Assembly (NCBI GenBank): GCA_963839545.1
Contig: CAWIVE010000005.1
Span: 257,983 to 321,982 of the forward strand
Source of the DNA: an uncultured Actinomycetes bacterium
GTDB taxonomy: Bacteria; Actinomycetota; Acidimicrobiia; Acidimicrobiales; CADCSY01
Length of the DNA: 64,000 nt
Direction of reading: 5' to 3'
Below are positions 48,814-58,143 of this stretch, in pieces. The position numbers and the translations under genes were made by a program. Position 1 is the first letter of the stretch. Each line of letters starts with the position of its first letter. A model generated the notes under the pieces. The model worked only from the letters and a program-made list of their open reading frames with translations, had not been told where the DNA came from and did no database searches.

Positions 48814-50529
48814 ATGGGGCTGGTGCGCGTCGCCCTCTGCCAGGTCAACGCCGTGGTCGGCGACCTCGACGGGAACGTCGGGCGCGTCCTCGCTGCGCTG
48901 GACGAGGCGGAGGGGGCGGACTGCGACATCGCCGTCTTCCCCGAGCTGGTCCTGCCCGGCTACCCGCCCGAGGACCTGCTCCTCCGGCCCGGCTTCGTCG
49001 AGGACAACCAGCGGGCGCTCGAACGCGTGGCCGCCCGCACCCGCCGGTGTGCCGCGGCGGTGGGCTTCGTCGACGTCGGCCGTGACCTCCACAACGCCGC
49101 CGCCATCTGCGTGGAGGGCCGGGTGGCGGGGACGTACCACAAGCGCCTGCTGCCGAACTACTCGGTGTTCGACGAGCAGCGCTACTTCGCCCCGGGCCGG
49201 GGCAGCCCCGTGCTGTTCGAGGTGGCCGGCGTGCGCATCGGGGTGTCGGTGTGCGAGGACGCCTGGGATCCGGCCGGCCCGATCGCCGCGCAGGCGGCGG
49301 GCGGTGCCCAGCTGATGGTCAACCTCAACGCCTCGCCCTTCTACGCCGGGCGGGTGTACGAGCGGGAGCGCATGCTCGCCACGCGGGCGGCCGACGCGTC
49401 GTGCCCCCTGGTCTACGTCAACCTCGTCGGCGGGCAGGACGAGCTCGTCTTCGACGGCGCGTCGTGCGTGGTCGACGCCGAGGGTGACGTGCTGGCCAGG
49501 GCGCCCCAGTTCGAGGAGGCCACCCTCGTGGTCGACGTCGAGGTGGCCCCCGTCTACCGCAAGCGCCTGCTCGACCCCCGGGGTCGAGCCCAGAGCGACC
49601 CCCTCCCGATCATCCCCGTCTCCGAGGCCGGCGCCGAGCGCCCGCCGCTGGCGTCGACGCCCGTGCTGGTCCCGCCGTGCGAGCCGGTGCACGAGGTGTA
49701 CGAGGCGCTGGTGCTCGGGACCCGCGACTACATCCGCAAGAACGGCTTCGGCGACGTGGTCATCGGCCTCTCGGGGGGCGTCGACTCGTCGCTCGTGGCG
49801 GTCGTCGCCGTCGACGCGCTCGGGCCCGACCGGGTGCACGGCGTGGCCATGCCCTCGCGGTTCTCGTCCGAGGGCTCGGAGACCGACGCGGCCGCATTGG
49901 CCGAACGCCTCGGCATCGACCTGCGGACCATCGCCATCGAGCCGGCCCACGCCGCCTTCCTCGAGATGCTGGCGCCGGTCCTCGGCGAGCGCCCGCCCAA
50001 CCTCACGGAGGAGAACCTCCAGAGCCGCATCCGGGGCGTGCTCCTCATGGCCCTGTCCAACGAGTACGGCTGGCTGGTGCTGACCACGGGCAACAAGAGC
50101 GAGGTGGCGGTCGGCTACTCCACCCTCTACGGGGACACGGCCGGCGGCTTCGCCGTGATCAAGGACGTGCCCAAGACGTTGGTGTACGAGCTGTGCCGCG
50201 ACCGCAACCGACGGGCCGGCACCGAGCTGATCCCCGAAGCGGTCCTCACCAAGCCGCCGTCGGCCGAGCTGCGCCCCGACCAGCGCGACGACCAGTCGCT
50301 CCCCGACTACGACGTGCTCGACCCGATCCTCGCCGCCTACGTCGAGGACGACCGGACCCGGGGCGAGCTCGACCGGGCCGGCTGCGACCCCGAGCTGGTC
50401 CGCACGATCGCCAGGCTCGTGGACCGCGCCGAGTACAAGCGCCGGCAGTCGCCTCCCGGCGTCCGGGTGTCGCGCAAGGCGTTCGGCAAGGACCGGCGCC
50501 TGCCGATCACCAACCGCTACCCCGGGTGA
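48814..50529 (+). CDS. nadE: glutamine-dependent NAD+ synthetase (CN-hydrolase + NAD synthetase domains)
   Basis: ORF track. N-terminal nitrilase-like domain, C-terminal PP-loop SGGVDSS. Confidence 0.85.
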   Translation: MGLVRVALCQVNAVVGDLDGNVGRVLAALDEAEGADCDIAVFPELVLPGYPPEDLLLRPGFVEDNQRALERVAARTRRCAAAVGFVDVGRDLHNAAAICVEGRVAGTYHKRLLPNYSVFDEQRYFAPGRGSPVLFEVAGVRIGVSVCEDAWDPAGPIAAQAAGGAQLMVNLNASPFYAGRVYERERMLATRAADASCPLVYVNLVGGQDELVFDGASCVVDAEGDVLARAPQFEEATLVVDVEVAPVYRKRLLDPRGRAQSDPLPIIPVSEAGAERPPLASTPVLVPPCEPVHEVYEALVLGTRDYIRKNGFGDVVIGLSGGVDSSLVAVVAVDALGPDRVHGVAMPSRFSSEGSETDAAALAERLGIDLRTIAIEPAHAAFLEMLAPVLGERPPNLTEENLQSRIRGVLLMALSNEYGWLVLTTGNKSEVAVGYSTLYGDTAGGFAVIKDVPKTLVYELCRDRNRRAGTELIPEAVLTKPPSAELRPDQRDDQSLPDYDVLDPILAAYVEDDRTRGELDRAGCDPELVRTIARLVDRAEYKRRQSPPGVRVSRKAFGKDRRLPITNRYPG

Positions 50530-50954
50530 GCCAGGAGCCCGTCGAGGGCGGGGGTGGCCGGGTCGATCGCGGTCAGGCCGCGCACGGAGCCGAAGGCCCG
50601 CGACGCCGACACCAGCGCGGTCCAGCCCCGCCGCAGCACGAGGGCGGCCAGGAGCGCGTCGAGGGTGCCCAGCCGGGGTGACCGCTCGAAGAGGTCGAGG
50701 GCGGCCAGCGTGACCTCCTCGTCGGGGGAGGCGAGGGGCGACAGCAGCTCGGTGAAGCGACGTCCGACCTCCACTGCGTCGGCCCGCGGCCGCCGGCGCG
50801 ACCGCACGGCGACCAGCTCGGCGATCACCTCGGCCGTCGTGGTGGCGGCCAGGCGGCCGTCGCCCACCGCCGTCACCACGCGGCGGCACGGTGCCCGAAG
50901 GGGGTGCTCCGCCCCGGTGGCGTAGACGAGCACGGTGGTGTCGAGGACGATCAC
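50517..50954 (-). CDS. vapC: PIN-domain toxin VapC
   Basis: ORF track. MIVLDTTVLV N-terminus. GTG start overlaps antitoxin stop (GTGA). 3' end overlaps nadE 3' end by 13 nt. Confidence 0.65.
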   Translation of the reverse strand: MIVLDTTVLVYATGAEHPLRAPCRRVVTAVGDGRLAATTTAEVIAELVAVRSRRRPRADAVEVGRRFTELLSPLASPDEEVTLAALDLFERSPRLGTLDALLAALVLRRGWTALVSASRAFGSVRGLTAIDPATPALDGLLAHPG

Positions 50955-51262
50955 CCGCTCGCCCGTCGCCCCCGCCGGGCCGACGGACCGCTCTCCGGGA
51001 GGCCGCGGCGGCGCAGGTCGTCCAGCTCGGTGCGCAGCTCGTCCAGCATGGGGCTCGGCCCGGCGCGCGCCTCGAGGATGGCGGCGGCGGCGGCCGACCG
51101 GCGCTCGCCGCCCGCCGGGTAGGCCACGTCGATGGCCCGCCGGACGAGGGCGCCGACGGAGACGCTGCGCTGCTCCGCCAGGTGCGCCAGCCGCTCGAAG
51201 CGCTCGTCGTCGAGCAGCACGTGGAGCCGGCGGTCCAGCACCCGGCGGACCGTACCATGCAC
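50951..51262 (-). CDS. vapB: ribbon-helix-helix (CopG-like) antitoxin VapB
   Basis: C-terminal 103 aa of track ORF 50951..52288 (RLHVLLDDERFERLAHLAEQRSVSVGALVRRAIDVAY). GTG start by arithmetic. Confidence 0.55.
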   Translation of the reverse strand: MHGTVRRVLDRRLHVLLDDERFERLAHLAEQRSVSVGALVRRAIDVAYPAGGERRSAAAAAILEARAGPSPMLDELRTELDDLRRRGLPESGPSARRGRRASG

Positions 51263-51298
51263 ATACCTGCGCAGGTCCGGCGTCGCTAGCGTGCCCGG

Positions 51299-52195
51299 GT
51301 GCAGGCCCCCGCTCCCGTCGCCCGGCGCGGCGGCTGGGCCGCCTCCCTCGCGCTGGTGGGCGCCGCCCTGCTCTTCGGGTCCACCTTCCTCGTCGTGCAG
51401 GACGCCGTCGAGACGGCGGAGCCCCTGCCCTTCCTCGCCGTGCGCTTCGCCGTCGGGTCCGCCGTGCTGCTGCCCCTGGCCCTCCGGCACGGGACGAGGG
51501 ACCTGCGGACGCCCGGCCTGGTGCGGGCCGGGGCCCTGGCGGGGCTCGCCCTGACCGCCGGCTACGTCCTCCAGACGGTGGGGCTCCAGTACACGACGTC
51601 GTCCGTGTCGGCCTTCCTCACCTACCTCCTCGTGGTGTTCGTGCCCCTCATCGTGGCCTTGACCAGCCGGCGCCTGCCGCCGTGGCCCACGGTGGCCGGC
51701 GTGGCCCTGGCCGTGGGCGGCCTCGCCCTGCTGAGTGGCGGGCCGGACGTCGGGACCGGCCGGGGCGAGCTGCTCACCCTCGGCTGCGCCCTGGCCTTCG
51801 CCGTCCACCTGCTCCTGCTGGCCGACGCCGCCCCCCGCTTCCCGGTCGCCGCCCTGAGCGCGGTCCAGTTCGTCGTCGTCGCCGCCGTCGTCGCCGTGCC
51901 GGCCCTCCTGGACGGGATCGAGGACCTGGACGCCGACGCGTGGGCCGCCGCCGTCTACACCGGTGTCGCCGTCACCGCCCTCGCCCTCGGTCTCCAGGCG
52001 TGGGGGCAGCGCCGGGTGAGCCCGACCCGGGCGGCGCTGCTGCTGCTGATCGAGCCCGTGTCGGCCGCCGTCCTCGGCTACGCCTCCGGCGAGCGGCTGG
52101 GGGTCGCCGGGGGTGCCGGCGCCCTGCTCATCCTCGTCGGCATCCTGGTGTCCGAGGCGGCCGTGCCCGTCACGCCCCGTCCCGAGGACGCTTGA
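51299..52195 (+). CDS. DMT superfamily (EamA-like) transporter
   Basis: ORF track. About 10 TM helices in two EamA repeats. Confidence 0.65.
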   Translation: MQAPAPVARRGGWAASLALVGAALLFGSTFLVVQDAVETAEPLPFLAVRFAVGSAVLLPLALRHGTRDLRTPGLVRAGALAGLALTAGYVLQTVGLQYTTSSVSAFLTYLLVVFVPLIVALTSRRLPPWPTVAGVALAVGGLALLSGGPDVGTGRGELLTLGCALAFAVHLLLLADAAPRFPVAALSAVQFVVVAAVVAVPALLDGIEDLDADAWAAAVYTGVAVTALALGLQAWGQRRVSPTRAALLLLIEPVSAAVLGYASGERLGVAGGAGALLILVGILVSEAAVPVTPRPEDA

Positions 52196-52251
52196 CGATC
52201 GGGCGGCGGCGCGAGACTGTGACCGGTCCACCCGATCGAGCGGAGGAGCCC

Positions 52252-52917
52252 ATGGCCGACCCGAAATCCCCCCGTCCCCCCTTCGCACCGTGGGACCGCC
52301 GGGAGCTCCCTGGGTCCTTCACCGTGGAGGAGACGGCCCGGCGGGTCGGGCACTACAAGTGGATCGAGATGAAGCTGTTCGAGGCGCTGGGCGGCTGGAT
52401 CGCCACGGTGCCCGAGCTCGACGTCAAGATGCGGCTGGGCACCCACTGCTACCACCACGCCTGGCACGCCGACCTCTGGAACAAGCGCCTGCCCGAGCTG
52501 CGGGAGATGAACCCCGACCGGCTCACGGTCCCGGCCAACGACGAGCTGGTCGCCTTCGTCGACGCCATGACCGAGCCCGAGGGCGCCGGGCTCACCATCG
52601 AGAAGCTCGTCGGCGTCTACCGGGTGCTGATCCCGCACAAGATCGCCGCGTACACGTACCACCGGAACAACACGTCCCGGATCACGGACGCCCCCACCAT
52701 CCGCTCGCTCGGCTTCATCCTCCAGGACGAGATCGAGGACTGGCGCGACGGCGAGATGCTCATCCAGTCCCTCCTCGACACGGACGAGGAGATCGACCGG
52801 GCCACCGCCCACCAGAACCGCCTCGAGAAGCTGATGCGGGCGGCGGGTGGCATCGCTGGTCCGGGCTCCATCGGGACCACCGAGGTGACGGCCGACGGGG
52901 CGGGGGCCTCGGCGTGA
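52252..52917 (+). CDS. hypothetical protein (His-rich motif HCYHHAWHADLW)
   Basis: ATG at 52252 with GGAGGAG upstream (aa 222 codons to stop by count). C-terminal part of track ORF 50935..52917. Confidence 0.5.
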   Translation: MADPKSPRPPFAPWDRRELPGSFTVEETARRVGHYKWIEMKLFEALGGWIATVPELDVKMRLGTHCYHHAWHADLWNKRLPELREMNPDRLTVPANDELVAFVDAMTEPEGAGLTIEKLVGVYRVLIPHKIAAYTYHRNNTSRITDAPTIRSLGFILQDEIEDWRDGEMLIQSLLDTDEEIDRATAHQNRLEKLMRAAGGIAGPGSIGTTEVTADGAGASA

Positions 52918-53468
52918 CCGAGGTCACCGTCGTCCCGGACACCTACAACTTCGTGGACTTCGACGCCGGGCGCATCGGCGCCGTCGCCTCCGGGCTGATG
53001 GAGAAGGTGGGCGTGACGGTGCCCCTGCGCATCGAGGTGGACGAGACGACCCCGCTCGGGCGGGCGTGGCTGACGTCGGTCGAGCCGCTGGTCCTGTCGG
53101 TCGAGAGCGGGGCCTTCGAGGACGCGAAGCGGCCGCGCCAGCTGAGCGAGCGGTCCGTGACCGACGTGCTCGGCCGCCTGCTGTTCCGGGTGCGCGACCG
53201 GCTCGACCCGGCCTTCGGCGAGGTCCCGCCCGACGACGACCTGAGCCTCCCCGAGAGCACCGCCTGGGACGCCTACGCCGTGGGTCGCCTCGCCCGGCTG
53301 GGCCATCCGGCCCAGCGCCAGCGGCGGCTGTACCACTTCCGCAACCGCCACGGGTTCTCCGACGTGGCCGACGCCGCCTTCGAGCGCCTCTGGACGGGCG
53401 AGGGGCTGACGTGGGCCGACATCCAGACGGTGTGCGAGGAGACGGCCGCCACCCGCAGCGTGGCCTAG
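52914..53468 (+). CDS. hypothetical protein, coupled to upstream gene
   Basis: GTG overlaps upstream TGA (GTGA), 185 codons in frame. C-terminal part of track ORF 52113..53468. Confidence 0.45.
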   Translation: MTEVTVVPDTYNFVDFDAGRIGAVASGLMEKVGVTVPLRIEVDETTPLGRAWLTSVEPLVLSVESGAFEDAKRPRQLSERSVTDVLGRLLFRVRDRLDPAFGEVPPDDDLSLPESTAWDAYAVGRLARLGHPAQRQRRLYHFRNRHGFSDVADAAFERLWTGEGLTWADIQTVCEETAATRSVA

Positions 53469-53472
53469 CCCG

Positions 53473-53787
53473 CTAGATCAGGTCGTGGGCGGAGATGCCC
53501 TCGAGCAGGAGGATGGCCGGCGCCCGGGCGAGGAGCCCGCGACACGATTCGGCCATCTCCACCATGTCGGCGGAGTCGAAGTGGGCCCGCTGGGTCTCGG
53601 GCGAGTCCCACTTCTCGATGATCACGAACCGGCTGGGATCGGCGACCGAGGCGCAGAAGTCGATGTTGCGGCAGCCCTCGTGACCCCGGCTGAGCACCAC
53701 GTACTTCGACAGGACGGGCATGAGTCGGTCGGCGTCGGCCGCCTGGAAGTCCATGGTCACGACCGTCAGCTCGACCTCGTCGGCCAC
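53473..53787 (-). CDS. antibiotic-biosynthesis-monooxygenase (ABM) fold protein
   Basis: C-terminal 104 aa of track ORF 53473..57450. GTG start with GGAGGGAG 4 nt upstream. ELTVVTMDFQAADADRLMPVLSKYVVLSRGHEGC typical ABM. Confidence 0.6.
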   Translation of the reverse strand: MADEVELTVVTMDFQAADADRLMPVLSKYVVLSRGHEGCRNIDFCASVADPSRFVIIEKWDSPETQRAHFDSADMVEMAESCRGLLARAPAILLLEGISAHDLI

Positions 53788-53923
53788 CCCGCTCCCTCCG
53801 GAGGTCCCGCCGCCCGCGTCTGGCACTGAAGTCCGGCCGAAACCCGGTCGTAACTGTAGCTGCGGAGCCTCCCCGGCCAGCCGGGCGGGCTCGGCACGTT
53901 CCAGCAGCGGCACGGAGGCACGG

Positions 53924-54863
53924 GTGGCAGCAGAGCGGTACGACCGAGATGACGAAGACCTGGTCCGCCTGTACCTGAGCGACATCGGGCAGCACCCCCT
54001 CCTGACCAAGGAGGACGAGGTCGAGCTGGCGCAGGCCATCGAGGCCGGCGTCGACGCCCGGGCCGCGCTGGAGAAGGCGGGGAAGTCGGTGCCCACGGCC
54101 CGTCGTCGCGCCCTGCGACGCGAGGCCCGGGCCGGCGAGGAGGCCGAGCGCCGCTTCGTGCTCTCCAACCTCCGCCTCGTCGTCTCGATCGCCAAGAAGT
54201 ACCAGGCCTCCGGGCTGCCCCTGCTCGACCTGATCCAGGAGGGGAACCTGGGGCTCATGCACGCCGTCGAGAAGTTCGACTGGCGGAAGGGCTTCAAGTT
54301 CTCGACGTACGCCACCTGGTGGATCCGCCAGGCCATCACCCGGGGCATCGCCAACACGGGGCGCACCATCCGCCTCCCGGTGCACGCCGGGGACACCCTG
54401 GTGCGCCTCCAGAAGGCCCGCAGCCGCTTCGAGCTGGAGCACGGCCGCCACGCCACCCTGGCCGAGCTCGCCGTCGAGTGCGACCTGGCCGAGGACCGCG
54501 TGGTCGAGGCCCTGCGCTTCTCGGCCGAGCCGCTGTCACTGTCCGAGCCGTTGCGTGAGGACGGCGACGCCGAGCTCGGTGACGTGGTCGAGGACCGGTC
54601 GCAGGCGCCGCCCTTCGAGGCCGCCTGCGTGGCCATGCTCCCCGAGCAGGTGGCCCGCATGCTCGAGCCGCTCGACGACCGGGAGAAGGAGATCCTCTGC
54701 ATGCGGTACGGGCTCGACCGCGGCGAGCCGCGTACCCTCGAGGAGGTGGGCGAGCAGTTCGACCTCACCCGGGAGCGGATCCGCCAGATCGAGGCCCGGG
54801 CCATGTCGAAGCTGCGCCACCCGTCGAGCGACATGGGTGCGCCGCGACCTCCTGGCCGGCTGA
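53924..54863 (+). CDS. RNA polymerase sigma-70 family factor (group 2, SigB/HrdB-like) with +1 frameshift about 35 nt before stop
   Basis: GTG at 53924 with ACGGAGG upstream. Regions 1.2 DLVRLYLSDIGQ, 2 LLDLIQEGNLGLMHAVEKFD...FSTYATWWIRQAITR, 4 LEEVGEQFDLTRERIRQIE. C-terminal residues WVRRDLLAG* found in track frame 54555..54863. Confidence 0.7.
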
Positions 54864-54864
54864 G

Positions 54865-55251
54865 GTGGGGCGGGCGCGCTGGGTCGAGCCCGTGCGCCGG
54901 GTGGACAAGCCCTGGGGCCACGAGGAGGTCTTCGCCCTCGTCGAGGGCCGGTACTGCGGCAAGGCCCTCCACGTGACCGCCGGCCACGCCCTCTCGCTCC
55001 AGTACCACGAGCGCAAGGACGAGGTCATCGCCGTCCAGTCCGGCCGGGCCCAGCTCGAGGTGGGGGAGTCCGAGGACGCCCTCGAGACCGTCGAGCTGGA
55101 GCCGGGCGAGCGGGTCCACCTGCCCGCCGGGGTGCGCCACCGCATCACCGCCGTGACCGACGTCGTGCTCCTGGAGGCGTCCACCACCGAGCTGGACGAC
55201 GTGGTCCGCCTGGAGGACCGCTACGGCCGCGAGGGGACCAGCGCGCCGTAG
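54865..55251 (+). CDS. cupin domain protein
   Basis: ORF track (GTG start 2 nt after sigma stop). Confidence 0.5.
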   Translation: MGRARWVEPVRRVDKPWGHEEVFALVEGRYCGKALHVTAGHALSLQYHERKDEVIAVQSGRAQLEVGESEDALETVELEPGERVHLPAGVRHRITAVTDVVLLEASTTELDDVVRLEDRYGREGTSAP

Positions 55252-55338
55252 TCCCGCCCGTCGCCGGCCCGTCGCCGGTTCTGGACGGCTGACCCGCCAT
55301 GTGCGGGAGAAACGTCCAGAACAACGGGAACCCTTGCG

Positions 55339-55367
55339 TTGACACGTCGTTTGCCGTAACGTCACCC
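55339..55367 (+). promoter_or_regulatory. candidate promoter of tad operon (TTGACA at 55339..55344; ACGTCG/ACGTCA repeats)
   Basis: Lower-GC 160-nt spacer upstream of tadZ-like gene. TTGACA hexamer. -10 assignment ambiguous (TAACGT is only 12 nt downstream). Confidence 0.25.
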
Positions 55368-55419
55368 CTGTCGCTTCCCCCGGCACCCGCGCTTCGCGCA
55401 TCCGGGAGGGAACGGCACC

Positions 55420-56088
55420 GTGCTCCTCGCCTGTTGGGCCGCCAAGGGCGGCGCCGGCACCACCGTGGTGGCCACGGCCCTGGCTCGCGTCATGGCCGGC
55501 CGCGCCCCCTCCGGCGCCCTGCTCGCCGACCTGGCCGGTGACGTCCCGGCCGTGCTCGGCCTGCCCGACCCGACCGGTCCCGGGCTGGCCGACTGGCTCG
55601 CCGCCGGCGAGGGCGTGCCCCCCGACGCCCTCGGGCGGCTCGAGGTCGAGGGCCCCGGCGGCCTGCGGGTCCTCCCGTGGTCCGGCGAGGCCCCGGCTTC
55701 CGCCGCCGGCCCGGCGCTCGACGAGCGGGCCACCGTCCTGGCCGCCGTCCTCGCCGCCGACCCCCGCCCCACGGTGGTCGACTGCGGGTCGGGGCCCGTC
55801 GGCGCCGGCCTGGTGGCCGCCTCGTCGGCCACGACGTCGCTCCTCGTCCTGCGCCCCTGCTACCTCGCCCTGAAGCACGCCCTCCGGGCGCCGCTCCGGC
55901 CGTCGGGCGTCGTGCTGGTGGAGGAGCCCGGTCGGGCTCTCGGCGCGGCCGAGGTCGAGGACGTCCTCGGGGTCCCCGTGCGCGCCGTCGTGGCCGCCGA
56001 CCCCGCCGTGGCCCGGGCCGTCGACGCCGGGTCCCTCGGGAGCCACCTGCCCCGTCGTCTCGAACGGGCCCTCCGCCATGCCGCCTGA
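55420..56088 (+). CDS. CpaE/TadZ-like pilus assembly protein (degenerate ParA/MinD-type P-loop)
   Basis: ORF track. GTG with GGGAGGG upstream. AAKGGAGTTVVATALA degenerate Walker A. First gene of tad operon. Confidence 0.45.
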   Translation: MLLACWAAKGGAGTTVVATALARVMAGRAPSGALLADLAGDVPAVLGLPDPTGPGLADWLAAGEGVPPDALGRLEVEGPGGLRVLPWSGEAPASAAGPALDERATVLAAVLAADPRPTVVDCGSGPVGAGLVAASSATTSLLVLRPCYLALKHALRAPLRPSGVVLVEEPGRALGAAEVEDVLGVPVRAVVAADPAVARAVDAGSLGSHLPRRLERALRHAA

Positions 56089-57244
56089 CGCCCCGTCCCC
56101 CCTGGCCGAGCGGGTGCACGCCCGCCTGCTGGCCGACGGCGCCGGCGCCGACGCCGAACGCCTCCGGGCCGACGTCGAGCGCCTGGCCCGGGCCGAGGCC
56201 CCGCTCCTCCCGGGGGACGCCGTGCGCCGGCTGGTCGACGTGGTGGCGGCCCGGGTGCGGGGGCTCGGCCCCCTCGACCCCCTCCTGGCCGACCCGGCGG
56301 TGAGCGAGGTGATGGTCAACGGGCCCGATCGGGTGTGGGTCGAGCGGTCGGGCCGGCTCGAGCGGGTCGACCTGACCCTCGATGCCGCCACGATCGGCCA
56401 CCTCATCGAGCGGGTGGTGGGGCCCCTCGGCCTCCGGATCGACCGGGCGTCACCGCTCGTCGACGCCCGCCTGCCCGACGGCTCACGGGTGAACGCCGTC
56501 GTGCCGCCCCTCGCGGTGGACGGGCCGTGCCTCACCATCAGGCGCTTCGTGGCCCGCCGGGTCGCCCTCGACGCGGTGTGCCCGCCCGGCGTGGCGCCGC
56601 TCCTGGCGTGGGCGGTGCGGTCCCGGCTCAACGTGCTCGTGTCCGGCGGCACCGGCGCCGGGAAGACGACGCTGCTCAACGCCCTGGCCGCCGAGATCCC
56701 GAGCGGCGAGCGGGTGGTCACCGTGGAGGACGCCGCCGAGCTCCAGCTGCCCCGGGAGCACGTCGTGCGCCTCGAGGCCCGCCCTGCCAGCGCCGAGGGG
56801 GCGGGCGAGGTGGCTGTGCGGGACCTCGTCCGCAACGCCCTCCGCATGCGGCCCGACCGCATCGTCGTGGGCGAGTGCCGCGGGCCGGAGGCCCTCGACA
56901 TGCTCCAGGCCATGAACACGGGCCACGAGGGCTCGTTGTCGACGTGCCACGCCAACGGGTCGGCGGACGCCCTCCGCCGGCTCGAGACCATGGTGCTGAC
57001 GGGCACGGTGGCCCTGCCCCTGGCCGCGGTGCGGGAGCAGGTCGACGCCGCGCTGGACCTCGTGGTGCAGGTGGCCCGCCGCCCCGACGGCACCCGGGCG
57101 GTGGTCGAGGTGGCGGAGGTGGCGCCCGACCGTCCGGGGCGGGTGCGTGCCCTGGCCGGGCCGGCCGGCCTCGGCTCGTTGCCCCACCGCGGCGGCCGGC
57201 TCCCCGGTGCGCCGCCGCCGGACGCGGCGTGGGTGGTCACGTGA
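56078..57244 (+). CDS. cpaF: CpaF/TadA family type IV pilus (Flp) secretion ATPase
   Basis: ORF track. Walker A SGGTGAGKTTLLNAL, Walker B/Asp box, His box TGHEGSLSTCHANG. Confidence 0.85.
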   Translation: MPPDAPSPLAERVHARLLADGAGADAERLRADVERLARAEAPLLPGDAVRRLVDVVAARVRGLGPLDPLLADPAVSEVMVNGPDRVWVERSGRLERVDLTLDAATIGHLIERVVGPLGLRIDRASPLVDARLPDGSRVNAVVPPLAVDGPCLTIRRFVARRVALDAVCPPGVAPLLAWAVRSRLNVLVSGGTGAGKTTLLNALAAEIPSGERVVTVEDAAELQLPREHVVRLEARPASAEGAGEVAVRDLVRNALRMRPDRIVVGECRGPEALDMLQAMNTGHEGSLSTCHANGSADALRRLETMVLTGTVALPLAAVREQVDAALDLVVQVARRPDGTRAVVEVAEVAPDRPGRVRALAGPAGLGSLPHRGGRLPGAPPPDAAWVVT

Positions 57245-58143
57245 GCGGCGTCGCCGTTCCCGTGGGGAGCGCGCTCCTCGTCGGGGCCACGGGCGCCGCC
57301 GTCCGCGCCGCGCTCCGGGCGTCCGTGCGGTCGCGGGCGACGACCCGCCTGCACGGCCCGCCGCCCTCGGCACCGGTCGACGGTCCGGCGTGGCTGCTCG
57401 TCCCCCCGCCGTGGGTGCAGCGTCGTCTCGAGGCCGCCGATGTCGGCCACGCCGCCGCCGCGGTGTGGACCGGCGCCGTGGCCGCCCTCGTCGGGGGCGT
57501 GCCGCTCGCCGCGGTGGTGGGCGGGCCAGGGCTGGCCGTGGTCGGGGCCCTCGCGCTCGTGGGGGGATCGCTCCTGGCACTGTCGCTCACCGCCGATCGG
57601 CGCGACCGGCGCATCGAGGCCGTGCTCCCGGAGGTGCTCGAAGGGGTGGCCCGGGCCCTGCGCAGCGGCGCCTCGTTGCGGCTGGCGCTGGGCGAGGCGG
57701 CCGCGGTCGCCCCCGGCGTCCTCGGCGACGACCTGCGGGCCGTGGCCGTCGCCGCCGACAGCGGGCTGCCGCTGGCCGCTGCCCTCGACGGGTGGGTCGA
57801 CCGCCGCCCCCTGCCGGGGATCCGTCTGGCGGTGGCCACCCTCGGCCTGGGCGCCGAGACGGGGGGCGCCCAGGCCCGTGCCCTCGACGGCGTGGCCGAG
57901 ACCCTGCGGGGCCGCCTGGGGGTGGCCGCCGAGGTCCGGGCCCTGTCGTCCCAGGCCCGCCTCTCCGGTCTGGTCATCGCCGTCGCCCCGCTCGTCTTCT
58001 CCGGGCTCGCGGTCGCCACCGACGCACGCACCGCCGACTTCCTGTTCCGGACGCCGGTCGGCCTCGGGTGCCTGGTGGTCGGACTGGGCCTCGACGCCTG
58101 CGCCGCGATCTGGATGGTCCGCCTGTGCCGGGTGGACGGATGA
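57241..58143 (+). CDS. tadB: TadB (type II secretion system F family) pilus assembly membrane protein
   Basis: GTG overlaps cpaF stop (GTGA). 301 codons to stop of track frame 56335..58143. TM helices flanking cytoplasmic domain. Confidence 0.6.
   Translation: MSGVAVPVGSALLVGATGAAVRAALRASVRSRATTRLHGPPPSAPVDGPAWLLVPPPWVQRRLEAADVGHAAAAVWTGAVAALVGGVPLAAVVGGPGLAVVGALALVGGSLLALSLTADRRDRRIEAVLPEVLEGVARALRSGASLRLALGEAAAVAPGVLGDDLRAVAVAADSGLPLAAALDGWVDRRPLPGIRLAVATLGLGAETGGAQARALDGVAETLRGRLGVAAEVRALSSQARLSGLVIAVAPLVFSGLAVATDARTADFLFRTPVGLGCLVVGLGLDACAAIWMVRLCRVDG

Noticed and set aside
48757-51264. 835-aa minus ORF across nadE/vapBC, and 50935..52251 (plus) upstream extension
   Set aside because: No motifs. 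Opposite to, or out of frame with, nadE (PP-loop), vapC (PIN) and the DMT transporter.
55299-55541. 80-aa ORF in the tad promoter spacer
   Set aside because: Low-complexity Arg/Gly-rich. It overlaps the promoter-like lower-GC region and the tadZ start.
53473-57450. 1325-aa minus ORF spanning the sigma factor, cupin and cpaF
   Set aside because: Only its last 104 aa (ABM protein, 53473..53787) are real. The rest is antisense to genes with strong motifs.
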